Positions 9,657-18,514 are shown, counted from the stretch's first letter. The stretch is DNA of 64,000 nt from Deltaproteobacteria bacterium (GCA_030667965.1 DAOUUW010000001.1:2014-66013); one strand, 5' to 3'. Notes: a model not told the origin generated them from the sequence alone. Program-made: numbers and translations.

Positions 9657-9694
9657 GAAAAAGGCCGATCTTGGGGGGACAAGACCAGCCTTTT
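9657..9694 (-). promoter_or_regulatory. Terminator-like hairpin in the 5' leader of the DUF362 gene
   Basis: GGCCGATCTTG / CAAGACCAGCC form 9 pairs with 2 mismatches and a 6-nt loop, flanked by an A-run and a T-run. On the minus strand the U-rich tail ends about 30 nt before ATG 9644. Confidence 0.35.
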
Positions 9695-9739
9695 TCAGGA
9701 GAAAGGAGATAAGAGTTGTTATCTTGTTGTTTTGTAATA

Positions 9740-9754
9740 GCAACATGTATGCCA
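9740..9754 (-). promoter_or_regulatory. Sigma-54 (-24/-12) promoter for the DUF362 operon
   Basis: The minus strand reads TGGCATACATGTTGC, matching TGGCAC-N5-TTGC with correct GG/GC spacing, about 95 nt upstream of the ATG. Confidence 0.55.
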
Positions 9755-9919
9755 ATGACAAAATAAAATTCATTTCCCTCCAAAACCATTGGTACATAAG
9801 GCTTCAGCGCTCTTCCCCCCGCAAAACTCGCCCCCATGGAAAGATACAATTTTTTAAACTTTATCCCTTTTCCAACTACTTCAAAAAAAATATCCTTTAA
9901 AAACAGCGCACTGGACGAA

Positions 9920-9935
9920 GTTCAATTTTTTGAAC
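9920..9935. promoter_or_regulatory. 16-bp palindrome GTTCAATTTTTTGAAC (candidate activator site)
   Basis: Perfect inverted repeat GTTCAA-N4-TTGAAC in the divergent DUF362/fliL spacer. Confidence 0.3.
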
Positions 9936-9993
9936 CATACCTTTTTTGCCCTTTCCGCCTACCAAAAAAGCTGTTTTCACCCGCCAAAAAGCA

Positions 9994-10010
9994 AAACACA
10001 GACTGTGTTT
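9994..10010. promoter_or_regulatory. 17-bp palindrome AAACACAG-A-CTGTGTTT (candidate activator site)
   Basis: Perfect 8+1+8 inverted repeat about 280 bp upstream of the fliL sigma-54 promoter. Confidence 0.3.
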
Positions 10011-10091
10011 ACATAAAAAATTCAATTTTTTTAATTTTCTCGGCAAATCAACACCCCCCTCTCTCATTTGTCAAATCAAGTCATCACTTTC

Positions 10092-10126
10092 CTCAATTCT
10101 CAATTCTCAATTCTCAATTCTCAATT
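10092..10126. repeat. Tandem heptamer (CTCAATT)x5
   Basis: Five perfect contiguous copies counted directly in the sequence. Confidence 0.95.
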
Positions 10127-10288
10127 CAACATGCTTCATTTTTTTGACTTTTACATCTTTAAAAGGTCAGAAAAATGACCCTGCCATTTGCACCTTCCGT
10201 ATTTTTAACTAACAAGGGGTAGTGCCCAGATGATAAACTCCTAAAAATAACAAAAGCTTATCTCTCATTGTACTAATCAATACAAATA

Positions 10289-10303
10289 TGGCATACTAAT
10301 TGC
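10289..10303 (+). promoter_or_regulatory. Sigma-54 (-24/-12) promoter for fliL and the downstream flagellar operon
   Basis: TGGCATACTAATTGC matches TGGCAC-N5-TTGC, 60 nt upstream of the fliL ATG. Confidence 0.65.
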
Positions 10304-10362
10304 CGTAGCCTTGTACAGATAAAACTAACAATAAACGACTTTTACCAGCAGGAGACATAATC

Positions 10363-10863
10363 ATGGCTGAAGATGATGCCAAAACAGCAGAAGATGGCGA
10401 AAAGCCCAAAAAGAAATCAAAAAAAATGCTTTTTATCATTTTTGGAGTCGCCATTCTCCTCCTTGGCGGCGGTGGTTTTTTTGCCTACACTACATTCCTG
10501 GCCCCAAAACCAATTCCAGATGAAAGCATACCCGGACTAGAGGCAAATCTACCCGAACCTGTGGGTGAAATTTTCACAATGAAACCCTTTGTGGTCAACC
10601 TGGCCGATCCGAAAGGAAAGCGCTATCTTAAAATGAAAATCAGCCTTGAACTTGAAACCGTCGAAGCAGTGGAAAGAACGCAGAAAATCGCTCCGAAACT
10701 CCGGGATATTGTCATCATGATGCTGACCAGCCTTACTTTTGAAGAGGTCATGACCCCTGAAGGCAAACTACAAATCCGGGATGAACTTCTGGAACGTTTT
10801 AAACTGGCAGCCCGGCCCGACAAAATTAAAAACATCTATTTTTCCGAGTTTGTCGTGCAGTAA
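10363..10863 (+). CDS. fliL: Flagellar basal-body-associated protein FliL
   Basis: 166 aa with a single N-terminal TM and the FliL core (FTMKPFVVNLADPKGKRYLKMKISLE...IRDELLERF). First gene of the fli cluster. Confidence 0.85.
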   Translation: MAEDDAKTAEDGEKPKKKSKKMLFIIFGVAILLLGGGGFFAYTTFLAPKPIPDESIPGLEANLPEPVGEIFTMKPFVVNLADPKGKRYLKMKISLELETVEAVERTQKIAPKLRDIVIMMLTSLTFEEVMTPEGKLQIRDELLERFKLAARPDKIKNIYFSEFVVQ

Positions 10864-10988
10864 AACGAGCAACAACAGACGCAATTTTAAGAGGATTCGC
10901 ACCTTTTCCCTCTTTACCTTAATTGAAACGGAACTATTCAGGTGATTATTTTGATTCATTTAACTTTGATACGTCTGCTAATGCCCTA

Positions 10989-11167
10989 GGCACAAAGGCA
11001 CAAAGGCACAATAGGCACAATAGGCACAATAGGCACAATAGGCACAATAGGCACAAAGGCACAAAGGCACAAAGGCACAAAGGCACAAAGTGACAAAGTG
11101 ACAAAGTGACAAAGTGACAAAGTGACAAAGTGACAAAGGCACAAAGTGACAAAGGCACAAAGTGACA
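10989..11167. repeat. Block-structured 8-9-bp tandem array (about 22 units) in the fliL-fliM spacer
   Basis: Counted order: GGCACAAA x2, GGCACAATA x5, GGCACAAA x5, GTGACAAA x6, then alternating GGCACAAA/GTGACAAA. Confidence 0.95.
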
Positions 11168-11230
11168 GATAAGCGAAGACTTCGAAGGCACTGAGTGAAG
11201 GTAATTTTCTATTAAGATATTTTCCTTAAA

Positions 11231-11280
11231 CTTTGTGCCTCTGTGCCTCCTGCCTTTGTGCCTGAATTTGGCACAATAGG
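11231..11280. repeat. Inverted copies of the array unit plus one direct copy
   Basis: CTTTGTGCC, TCTGTGCC, TCCTGCC and TTTGTGCC (11231-11262) are reverse complements of the GGCACAAAG-type units. GGCACAATAGG is direct at 11270-11280. Confidence 0.9.
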
Positions 11281-11353
11281 CGTTGGGAGTAAATCTGCTG
11301 CATCACCCGAAAAGTTACACCAATACAACCCTAAAAAAGCGTGAAATTTTCCA

Positions 11354-12343
11354 ATGGAACAGATTCTCAGTCAAGATGAAGTTGATGCCCTGTTAAAAGG
11401 GATCTCCGGGGGAGAAATTGAGGAACCCGAAGAACAGATCGTTGAAGATACTCTTGAATATTCAAAGTATGACTTCAGCCGGCAAGAACGAATTGTCCAG
11501 GTCAAGATGCCTGCCATGGAGGCCATCAATGATGTTTTTTTACGCTCCATCAGGCCGTCAATCGCAGGAACCCTTCGCCGCATTCTGGATATTACGGCAG
11601 TACCCATGGAACTGGAACGTTTCGGTGCGTTTGTCCGGACTCTTCCCGTACCCAGCAGCCTGCAGATTTTCAAGATGGATCCCTTCCGCGGTCACGCTCT
11701 TTTTGTTATTGAACCAAAACTGGTTTTTGCCTTTGTTGAAAGCTTTCTGGGAGGAACCGGCGCCAGAAACGTACGAATTGAAGGACGAGATTTTACCGGC
11801 ATAGAGCAGAAATTAATCGAGCGCATTGTCAACCTGCTGCTCAATGATCTGCAAAAGGCCTGGCACTCATTGTGTCCCATTAAGGTTCATCATGTGCGCA
11901 GCGAAATCAATCCGCAATTTGCCAAAATATGCGAGCCCGAAGAAGTGGTCATCATCAATCGGTACGAGGTTGACATGGACAAAGCAGTGGGCAGCATTAC
12001 ATCCTGCATCCCCCTCAGCAACCTTGAATCCGTCAAACAAAAACTAATGACAGCCTTTACAAAAGATCAAAGCGAAGAAGACATGATCCTCAAACAGATT
12101 TTAACGGAAAACATCAAAAATATTCCCGTAGATATCAAGGTGAACCTTGGACAAACCACTCTGGCCGCCGGCGACATTCTCAGTCTGGAAAAAGGCGACA
12201 TTATCCAGCTCGACAAAAGAAAAGACGAACTGATGCCCTGTTTCATCAGTGGTGTCCGCAAATACATGGGATCCCCAGGGATCCACCGGGGCAATAAAGC
12301 TTTTTTAATTAAACGTAAGGTCTTTGATCAGGAAAAAGACTAA
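11354..12343 (+). CDS. fliM: Flagellar motor switch protein FliM
   Basis: 329 aa. The N-terminal LSQDEVDALL is the CheY-P binding motif, followed by the FliM middle domain and a C-terminal SpoA-like domain. Confidence 0.93.
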   Translation: MEQILSQDEVDALLKGISGGEIEEPEEQIVEDTLEYSKYDFSRQERIVQVKMPAMEAINDVFLRSIRPSIAGTLRRILDITAVPMELERFGAFVRTLPVPSSLQIFKMDPFRGHALFVIEPKLVFAFVESFLGGTGARNVRIEGRDFTGIEQKLIERIVNLLLNDLQKAWHSLCPIKVHHVRSEINPQFAKICEPEEVVIINRYEVDMDKAVGSITSCIPLSNLESVKQKLMTAFTKDQSEEDMILKQILTENIKNIPVDIKVNLGQTTLAAGDILSLEKGDIIQLDKRKDELMPCFISGVRKYMGSPGIHRGNKAFLIKRKVFDQEKD

Positions 12344-12360
12344 CCAGCTGCGCTAAAGGC

Positions 12361-12402
12361 TTTTAGACTAAAGGGGTTTAGGCCTTCAGCCTTCAGTCTA
12401 AA
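12361..12402 (+). other. Stem-loop between fliM and fliN
   Basis: TTTTAGACT (12361-12369) and AGTCTAAAA (12394-12402) form a perfect 9-bp inverted repeat with inner AAGG/CCTT pairing. It contains a GCCTTCA x2 tandem. Confidence 0.6.
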
Positions 12403-12443
12403 AACCTTAAAAATGGCAATGAAACATAAAGCGGAGAAAAACA

Positions 12444-12902
12444 ATGGCTGACAAAAAAATGGATGATGCCTGGGCCGACGCCCTGGAAGAGTCAAAAAAC
12501 GCTGAAGGCGGGGCAGCGAAGAACAGTGAAGGTCAGGACTGGGACACGCTTACTCCTCAAGATAACAACGACAACAATGGCACCGCAACCGGAGCAGTCA
12601 ACTTTGACGAACTGGGAGACGTCCCGGAAGGACAGGCAGGCATCCAAAATCTCGATTTTCTGCTGGATATCCCCCTGCAGCTTTCCGTCGAACTTGGCCG
12701 CACCAGCTTGATCATTGACAAAATGCTGCAATTGGCCCAGGGATCAGTGGTTGAACTTGAAAAAACAGCCGGTGAACCTGTTGACATCTATGTAAATCGG
12801 AAACTTCTGGGTAAAGGCGAAGTCATTGTCGTCAACGATCGTTTCGGAGTGAGAATCACCGAAATAATCAGCCAATCAGACCGCATCAAAAATATGGCTT
12901 AA
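12444..12902 (+). CDS. fliN: Flagellar motor switch protein FliN
   Basis: 152 aa with an acidic N-terminus and a C-terminal SpoA domain (IPLQLSVELGRT...GEPVDIYVNRKLLGKGEVIVVNDRFGVRITEI). Confidence 0.92.
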   Translation: MADKKMDDAWADALEESKNAEGGAAKNSEGQDWDTLTPQDNNDNNGTATGAVNFDELGDVPEGQAGIQNLDFLLDIPLQLSVELGRTSLIIDKMLQLAQGSVVELEKTAGEPVDIYVNRKLLGKGEVIVVNDRFGVRITEIISQSDRIKNMA

Positions 12903-12923
12903 GCCGGTTTTTTCCTGAGAATA

Positions 12924-13448
12924 ATGGACAATAATAGACTGTCATCCATACATAGCAGGCGTTGCCTGCGAGCTGGGAACACATGCGTATGGGCCATGCT
13001 CCCCCTGTTGTTCATCATGACCGCCCCCATTGCATCATGGGCGGCCGGTGAGCCGGCTGCATCCTCCGTCAGTACGCCTGCTGCCGACCTTGCCCACACA
13101 ACGTCTCTTGCCATTACCCTGCTCAAGGTCTTCGGCGCGCTCATCGTGGTTGTGGGGCTGATGGTTGTTGTTTCCTTCTGGTTAAGAAAAATGGGCCTTA
13201 GCCGGACGGGCAGCCGACAGGGAACTCTGATCAACGTACTTGACACAAAAATGATCGCCTCAAAAAAATATATTTCCGTTGTTCGCATTGGAGAAGAAAC
13301 CGTTGCCCTTGGCGTCACGGACCAGCAAATCACCCTGCTGACAAATCTTGACAACAAAACAATCCCCTTACCGGACAGCCCGTCAAACAACGTGGGACAA
13401 ACATCCTTTGCATCCCTGCTCGGCAAGATAGTTCGGGGTGAAAAATGA
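12924..13448 (+). CDS. fliO: Flagellar export protein FliO
   Basis: Has a single TM (LLKVFGALIVVVGLMVVVSFWL) and the motif KYISVVRIGEETVALGVTDQQITLL. It sits between fliN and fliP and its stop overlaps the fliP start. The start codon is uncertain. Confidence 0.7.
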   Translation: MDNNRLSSIHSRRCLRAGNTCVWAMLPLLFIMTAPIASWAAGEPAASSVSTPAADLAHTTSLAITLLKVFGALIVVVGLMVVVSFWLRKMGLSRTGSRQGTLINVLDTKMIASKKYISVVRIGEETVALGVTDQQITLLTNLDNKTIPLPDSPSNNVGQTSFASLLGKIVRGEK

Positions 13449-14191
13449 AAAAAAACATCTTTTTTCTGACAACGTTTTTTCTCCTTTTTGCTGCATCAAA
13501 CAGCTGGTCCGTCACCCTGCCGACAGTGCAGGTCGGGCTGGCTGAAACGGATGACCCCAAACAGGTTGCCGTACTCATTGAAATCCTTCTCATCTTCACC
13601 GTGCTGGCAATGGCGCCGGCCATACTACTGATGACCACCTGCTTTACCCGCCTTGTTATAGCCTTCTCCTTTCTCAGAAGCGCCCTGGGCACCCAGCAGA
13701 TGCCGCCGGCCCAGGTCCTGATTGGCCTGTCTCTCTTTTTAACAATTTTCATCATGACTCCTGTCTTAAAAGACATGAACGAGACGGCGGTCAAACCTTA
13801 CCTTGATGAAAAAATCGGCTTGCAGCAGGCTTACAACCAAGGCATCAAGCCCTTGCGCTCCTTCATGTTCAAGCATACCCGCGAAAAAGACCTGGCTCTT
13901 TTTTTCGGCATCAGCAAAATGGAGAAACCGGCCAACAAGGATGAAGTACCCATTTCCATTCTTGTTCCCGCCTTCATGATCAGTGAACTGAAAACGGCCT
14001 TCCAGATAGGGTTCATTCTCTTTTTACCCTTTCTGGTCATAGACATGGTGGTCGCCAGCGTCCTTCTTTCCATGGGCATGATGATGCTGCCGCCGGTCAT
14101 GGTTTCTCTGCCGTTCAAACTATTGCTCTTTGTCCTGGTTGACGGCTGGTATCTCATCGTCGGCTCCCTTGTGAAGAGTTTCGGAGTGTAA
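13445..14191 (+). CDS. fliP: Flagellar type III export apparatus protein FliP
   Basis: 248 aa with a signal peptide and conserved FLRSALGTQQMPP and FLPFLVIDMVVASVLLSMGMMMLPP segments. Confidence 0.95.
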   Translation: MKKNIFFLTTFFLLFAASNSWSVTLPTVQVGLAETDDPKQVAVLIEILLIFTVLAMAPAILLMTTCFTRLVIAFSFLRSALGTQQMPPAQVLIGLSLFLTIFIMTPVLKDMNETAVKPYLDEKIGLQQAYNQGIKPLRSFMFKHTREKDLALFFGISKMEKPANKDEVPISILVPAFMISELKTAFQIGFILFLPFLVIDMVVASVLLSMGMMMLPPVMVSLPFKLLLFVLVDGWYLIVGSLVKSFGV

Positions 14192-14193
14192 CC

Positions 14194-14463
14194 ATGACCC
14201 CGCTGGATGCCGTCACATTAGGTCAAAACGCCATAACCATCACCCTTCTTCTTTCCGCCCCTTTGCTCCTGGTGGGCATGGCTGTGGGTCTGATGATCGC
14301 CATATTCCAGGCAACCACCCAGATCCAGGAAATGACCCTGACCTTTGTACCGAAAATCGTTGCCGTCATGCTGGCTCTGCTCTTTTTTTCCTCGTGGATG
14401 CTCATCAAGCTCAATGATTACACAAAAGACCTTTTCCTGAGCATTCCGGACATCATCAGGTGA
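14194..14463 (+). CDS. fliQ: Flagellar export apparatus protein FliQ
   Basis: 89 aa two-TM protein containing IFQATTQIQEMTLTFVPK, positioned between fliP and fliR. Confidence 0.93.
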   Translation: MTPLDAVTLGQNAITITLLLSAPLLLVGMAVGLMIAIFQATTQIQEMTLTFVPKIVAVMLALLFFSSWMLIKLNDYTKDLFLSIPDIIR

Positions 14464-14475
14464 CAGAGGAAAACC

Positions 14476-15267
14476 ATGGTTGACACCGCACTTTTAAACT
14501 GGACCCTGGAACATTTTCTGGTTGTGGTTATTGTCATGATCAGGGTTGGCCCCCTGATTTTTTTCATGCCCGTCACCGGGTCGAGAACCGTTCCTTCCCA
14601 GGTGAAAATCCTTGTGACCGTTGCAACGGCACTGGTGCTGGCCCCGGTCGTGCCGGTTCATAGCGACCAACTGCCGCAAAGCGTTTTGGGCTTTCTGATT
14701 TTTATCCTTTCCGAACTTGCTTTTGCAGGCATTCTGGCCGTTTTCGCCCGCATGGTTTTTGACACCGTGCAGCTGGCCGGTCAAATGTTGGGAATCCAGA
14801 TGGGTATGGGTATGGCCGGTGTGATGGATCCGCAATTCGGTTTCCAGACCTCCCTTGTCGGCCAGTTCTGGAATGTGATGGCCATTCTTATTTTTTTAGC
14901 TATCAACGGACACCACCTATTTTTCAAAACGCTGACTGAAAGCTTTTTCTGGGTGGAACCGGGCACGCTTCATATCACCCAGGCCACCTTTGAAGGAGTC
15001 ATCCAGGGTGCGTCCCGCATGTTTTTCATGGCCGTGAAAATTATGGCCCCGGCCTCAGCGGCTGTTTTCTTTTCCCATGTTGCCATGGGTATTATTGCCA
15101 AGACTGTTCCACAAATTCCCATTCTCATTGTGGGCATGCCTCTTAATATCGGGGTTGGCTTTATTTTTGTCGGTCTTTCACTGACCTACTTCATGCCCCT
15201 GATGATCAATCATTTCGAAATGCTGGGCAGACTGCTGCCCAAGCTTGCCCAGGGACTTGGAGGGTAA
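14476..15267 (+). CDS. fliR: Flagellar export apparatus protein FliR
   Basis: 263 aa polytopic membrane protein between fliQ and flhB. Confidence 0.9.
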   Translation: MVDTALLNWTLEHFLVVVIVMIRVGPLIFFMPVTGSRTVPSQVKILVTVATALVLAPVVPVHSDQLPQSVLGFLIFILSELAFAGILAVFARMVFDTVQLAGQMLGIQMGMGMAGVMDPQFGFQTSLVGQFWNVMAILIFLAINGHHLFFKTLTESFFWVEPGTLHITQATFEGVIQGASRMFFMAVKIMAPASAAVFFSHVAMGIIAKTVPQIPILIVGMPLNIGVGFIFVGLSLTYFMPLMINHFEMLGRLLPKLAQGLGG

Positions 15268-15270
15268 CAG

Positions 15271-16338
15271 ATGGCTGAAGAACAGAGCGGCCAGGAAAAA
15301 ACCGAAGAACCAACGGCAAGGCGTCTGCAGGATGCCCGCAAAAAAGGTGATGTGGGCAAAAGCATGGAAGTTCCTTCTGCTGCCGTGCTGCTTCTCGGTC
15401 TGCTGACAATTTATATTCTCAGCGGCTATATGCTGGAAAACCTCCTATCCCTGCTGCGTCATTACCTTACCAATCTTCACTCCATTGAAATCGTACCCAG
15501 CAACATGGTCATGCTGGCCACGGAGTCAATCCGCTATCTGGGCATCATCACCGGCCCGCTGATGCTCGTCATCTTCATTACCGCCCTGGCATCAAACTAT
15601 GCGCAGGTTGGCTTTCTATTCACAACGGAAAAAATAACGCCCAAATATGAAAAAATCGATCCAATTAAAGGTTTAGGCCGCATATTTTCCATGCAGACCG
15701 TGGCCAACACGATTAAATCAATTGCCAAACTTCTTATCGTCGGCTTTGTCGGCTATTACGAAATAATGAAAAACATAGAAGGACTGGGCCCCTTGATGGA
15801 TCAGGACCCCTATGCCATTCTGGTCTTTTATGCCAGGGTTTCTTTCTGGATATTTTTAAAATCAGCACTCATTATCGCTGTCCTTGCAGCCATTGATTAT
15901 GCCTTTCAGCGTTGGCAATTCCTCAAAAAAATGAAGATGACCAAACAAGAAGTGAAAGAAGAGGCCAAAATGACCGAAGGTGACCCCCACGTTAAGGGCC
16001 GTATCCGCTCCATCCAGATGGAAATGGCCAGAAAGCGCATGATGAGCGAAGTCCCCAAGGCTGATGTGATCATTACCAACCCCACCCGCCTGGCCATTGC
16101 CCTGACATATGATGCTGCCACCATGAGTGCGCCGTCGGTTATCGCCAAAGGAGCCGGCATCATTGCCAAGAGAATCAAGGAAATAGCCAGGGAAAATGGT
16201 ATTCCCATTGTGGAGGACAAGCCTCTTGCCCGGGAATTATACAAATCAGTTGAAATTAATGATCAGATACCGGACAATCTCTTCCAGGCTGTGGCAGAAG
16301 TTCTGGCCTTTGTCTATGGGCAGAAGAAAAGCGCATAA
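15271..16338 (+). CDS. flhB: Flagellar export apparatus switch protein FlhB
   Basis: 355 aa. N-terminal QEKTEEPTARRLQDARKKGDV, four TM helices, and an NPTR site (ITNPTRLAIAL) at the position of the NPTH autocleavage motif. Confidence 0.95.
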   Translation: MAEEQSGQEKTEEPTARRLQDARKKGDVGKSMEVPSAAVLLLGLLTIYILSGYMLENLLSLLRHYLTNLHSIEIVPSNMVMLATESIRYLGIITGPLMLVIFITALASNYAQVGFLFTTEKITPKYEKIDPIKGLGRIFSMQTVANTIKSIAKLLIVGFVGYYEIMKNIEGLGPLMDQDPYAILVFYARVSFWIFLKSALIIAVLAAIDYAFQRWQFLKKMKMTKQEVKEEAKMTEGDPHVKGRIRSIQMEMARKRMMSEVPKADVIITNPTRLAIALTYDAATMSAPSVIAKGAGIIAKRIKEIARENGIPIVEDKPLARELYKSVEINDQIPDNLFQAVAEVLAFVYGQKKSA

Positions 16339-16420
16339 GGGCAATTGATAATTGATAATTTTAGGATGGCTGAAAATATCGAACCACAACCTTTAACTTT
16401 TAACCTGATGTTCTCATTTT

Positions 16421-18514
16421 ATGGCTGAAAAAACTTCAAAATTCGGGTTGGACGCAATACACATGGAACCGTCGAGCCTTATGATGGCGGTCGGGGTGGT
16501 CGCTGTTCTATTGATCATGATCATGCCTTTACCCACCCTGGTGCTGGATCTTCTGCTTTCACTGGGCATCACCATGAGCCTGGTGGTGCTGCTGATGTCC
16601 ATGTACAACACCAATCCCCTCGATTTTTCATCATTTCCTTCTCTGCTTTTGCTCACCACACTGTTCAGGCTGTCGCTTAATGTTGCCTCCACCCGCCTTA
16701 TCCTGCTGCACGGCCATGAGGGGCCAGGCGCTGTGGGCCAGGTTATCCAGTCTTTTGGAAACTTTGTTGTCGGCGGCAGTTTTGCCGTTGGTCTTATTAT
16801 CTTTCTTATCATGGTTCTTATCAACTTCATTGTTATCACCAAAGGATCAGGCCGTATTGCCGAGGTTGCCGCCCGATTCACCCTGGACGCCATGCCTGGT
16901 AAACAAATGGCCATTGATGCCGATCTCAATGCCGGCCTTATCAACGAAGAAGCCGCAAAAAAACGACGTTCGGAAATCAGCCGCCAATCCGAATTTTACG
17001 GCTCCATGGACGGTGCCAGCAAATTTGTCCGTGGTGAGGCCATTGCCAGTATTGTCATTATGGTCATAAATATCCTCGGTGGCCTTTTCATCGGCATTAT
17101 CCTGCAGAACATGGACATTGCCCAGGCCGCAGAAACATACACCCTGCTGACTATTGGCGACGGGCTTGTATCCCAGATTCCTTCGCTGATCATATCCACC
17201 TCAGCCGGTATTATTGTCAGCCGGGCCGCTTCCGACGACAGCATGGGCAAGGAACTGACTAAGCAGTTTGCCAAACAGCCCCAGGCCCTCGCCGTGTCAT
17301 CAGGCATCATCATGCTTTTCGGACTCATACCCGGCCTGCCCCACCTGCCGTTTCTCATGCTTGGAGCAACCATGGGTGGTCTTGCCTGGGTTGCCTTCCA
17401 GAAAAATGCAGAGGCAAAACAGGAAGAGGAACTGATAGAAGAACAGGTAGAGAAGGGTCCTCCTTCCGGAGCACCGGAAACTGTGGAGGCTCTATTACCG
17501 CTGGATACTTTGGAACTTGAAGTCGGCTACGGGCTCATCCCCCTGGTGGACGAAAAACAGGATGGAGATCTGCTTGAGCGCATCAGGGGAATTCGCCGCC
17601 AGTTCGCCATAGATATGGGACTCATCATCCCTCCCTTGCACGTCAGGGACAATTTGCAGATCAAACCTGACGAATACATCTTGCTTCTAAAAGGCGTCGA
17701 AATAGCCCGCGGCGAGTTAATGATGGGCTATTTCCTGGCCATGGATTCCGGCTCCGCCAAAAGAGAAATTGAGGGTATTCCCACCGAAGAGCCTGCCTTT
17801 AAACTTCCGGCACTCTGGATCAGTAAAGAGAAAAAAGATGAGGCCCAGCTTGCAGGATATACCGTGGTTGACCCATCCACCGTGGTGGCAACTCACTTAA
17901 CCGAAATCCTTCGCTCCCACGCCCATGAACTGCTGGGGCGGCAGGATACGCAGAAACTGCTGGACAATCTGGCCAAAACCCATCCAAAAGTTGTGGAAGA
18001 ACTTGTTCCCGGACTACTCCCACTGGGAAAAGTACAAAAAGTACTGCAAAACCTGCTACGGGAACGGGTTTCCATCCGCGACCTGCTCACCATCAGTGAA
18101 ACCCTGGCCGACTTTGCACCCATGGGTAAGGATGCGGAAATCCTCACCGAATATGTCCGCCGGAAACTATGCCGATCCATCGTCAATTCTCTTTCAGGAG
18201 AAGAAGGCCTCCTGTCTGTTCTCACTCTGGCCACCAGAGTTGAAGACCTGGTGCGGGAGTCCGTACAAACCACTGAACAAGGCTCATTTATGTCGCTTGA
18301 CCCGAAAATGGGACAAAAAATCATTGAATCAATCCAAACTGCCGTGGATAAAGTTTCAGAAGACGGCTATCAGCCAATCATCATCAGCAGCCCTGTGGTG
18401 CGTCGTCATCTCAGGAAACTTATTGAAAGATTTATGCCCCAGGTGGTGGTATTATCACACAATGAGCTGACAACCCAATCCACCATAAAGTCCCTGGGAA
18501 CAATTGAGATTTAA
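16421..18514 (+). CDS. flhA: Flagellar export apparatus protein FlhA
   Basis: 697 aa with an N-terminal 8-TM domain (FPSLLLLTTLFRLSLNVASTRLIL) and a large cytoplasmic C-terminal domain. Confidence 0.96.
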   Translation: MAEKTSKFGLDAIHMEPSSLMMAVGVVAVLLIMIMPLPTLVLDLLLSLGITMSLVVLLMSMYNTNPLDFSSFPSLLLLTTLFRLSLNVASTRLILLHGHEGPGAVGQVIQSFGNFVVGGSFAVGLIIFLIMVLINFIVITKGSGRIAEVAARFTLDAMPGKQMAIDADLNAGLINEEAAKKRRSEISRQSEFYGSMDGASKFVRGEAIASIVIMVINILGGLFIGIILQNMDIAQAAETYTLLTIGDGLVSQIPSLIISTSAGIIVSRAASDDSMGKELTKQFAKQPQALAVSSGIIMLFGLIPGLPHLPFLMLGATMGGLAWVAFQKNAEAKQEEELIEEQVEKGPPSGAPETVEALLPLDTLELEVGYGLIPLVDEKQDGDLLERIRGIRRQFAIDMGLIIPPLHVRDNLQIKPDEYILLLKGVEIARGELMMGYFLAMDSGSAKREIEGIPTEEPAFKLPALWISKEKKDEAQLAGYTVVDPSTVVATHLTEILRSHAHELLGRQDTQKLLDNLAKTHPKVVEELVPGLLPLGKVQKVLQNLLRERVSIRDLLTISETLADFAPMGKDAEILTEYVRRKLCRSIVNSLSGEEGLLSVLTLATRVEDLVRESVQTTEQGSFMSLDPKMGQKIIESIQTAVDKVSEDGYQPIIISSPVVRRHLRKLIERFMPQVVVLSHNELTTQSTIKSLGTIEI

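Noticed and set aside
9836-10212. 103-aa and 88-aa plus-strand ORFs in the DUF362/fliL spacer
   Set aside because: They are low-complexity, Phe/Ser/Lys-rich and run through the CTCAATT repeat. They lie in a promoter-rich divergent spacer with no RBS.
10989-11167. Possible CRISPR array (also considered for 63231-63305)
   Set aside because: The units are 8-15 bp and contiguous or nearly so, with no unique spacers of about 30 bp. No cas genes are in the window.
10946-11191. ORFs of 81 aa and 60 aa (Cys/Leu/His/Phe-rich) predicted on the minus strand across the fliL-fliM array
   Set aside because: Their sequence is simply the periodic translation of the 8-9-bp tandem repeat. There is no start context and no plausible protein composition.
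11268-11284. Sigma-54 promoter TGGCACAATAGGCGTT just upstream of fliM
   Set aside because: It has a good -24 element, but the GC of the -12 element is 2 nt out of register. The TGGCAC is part of a repeat unit.
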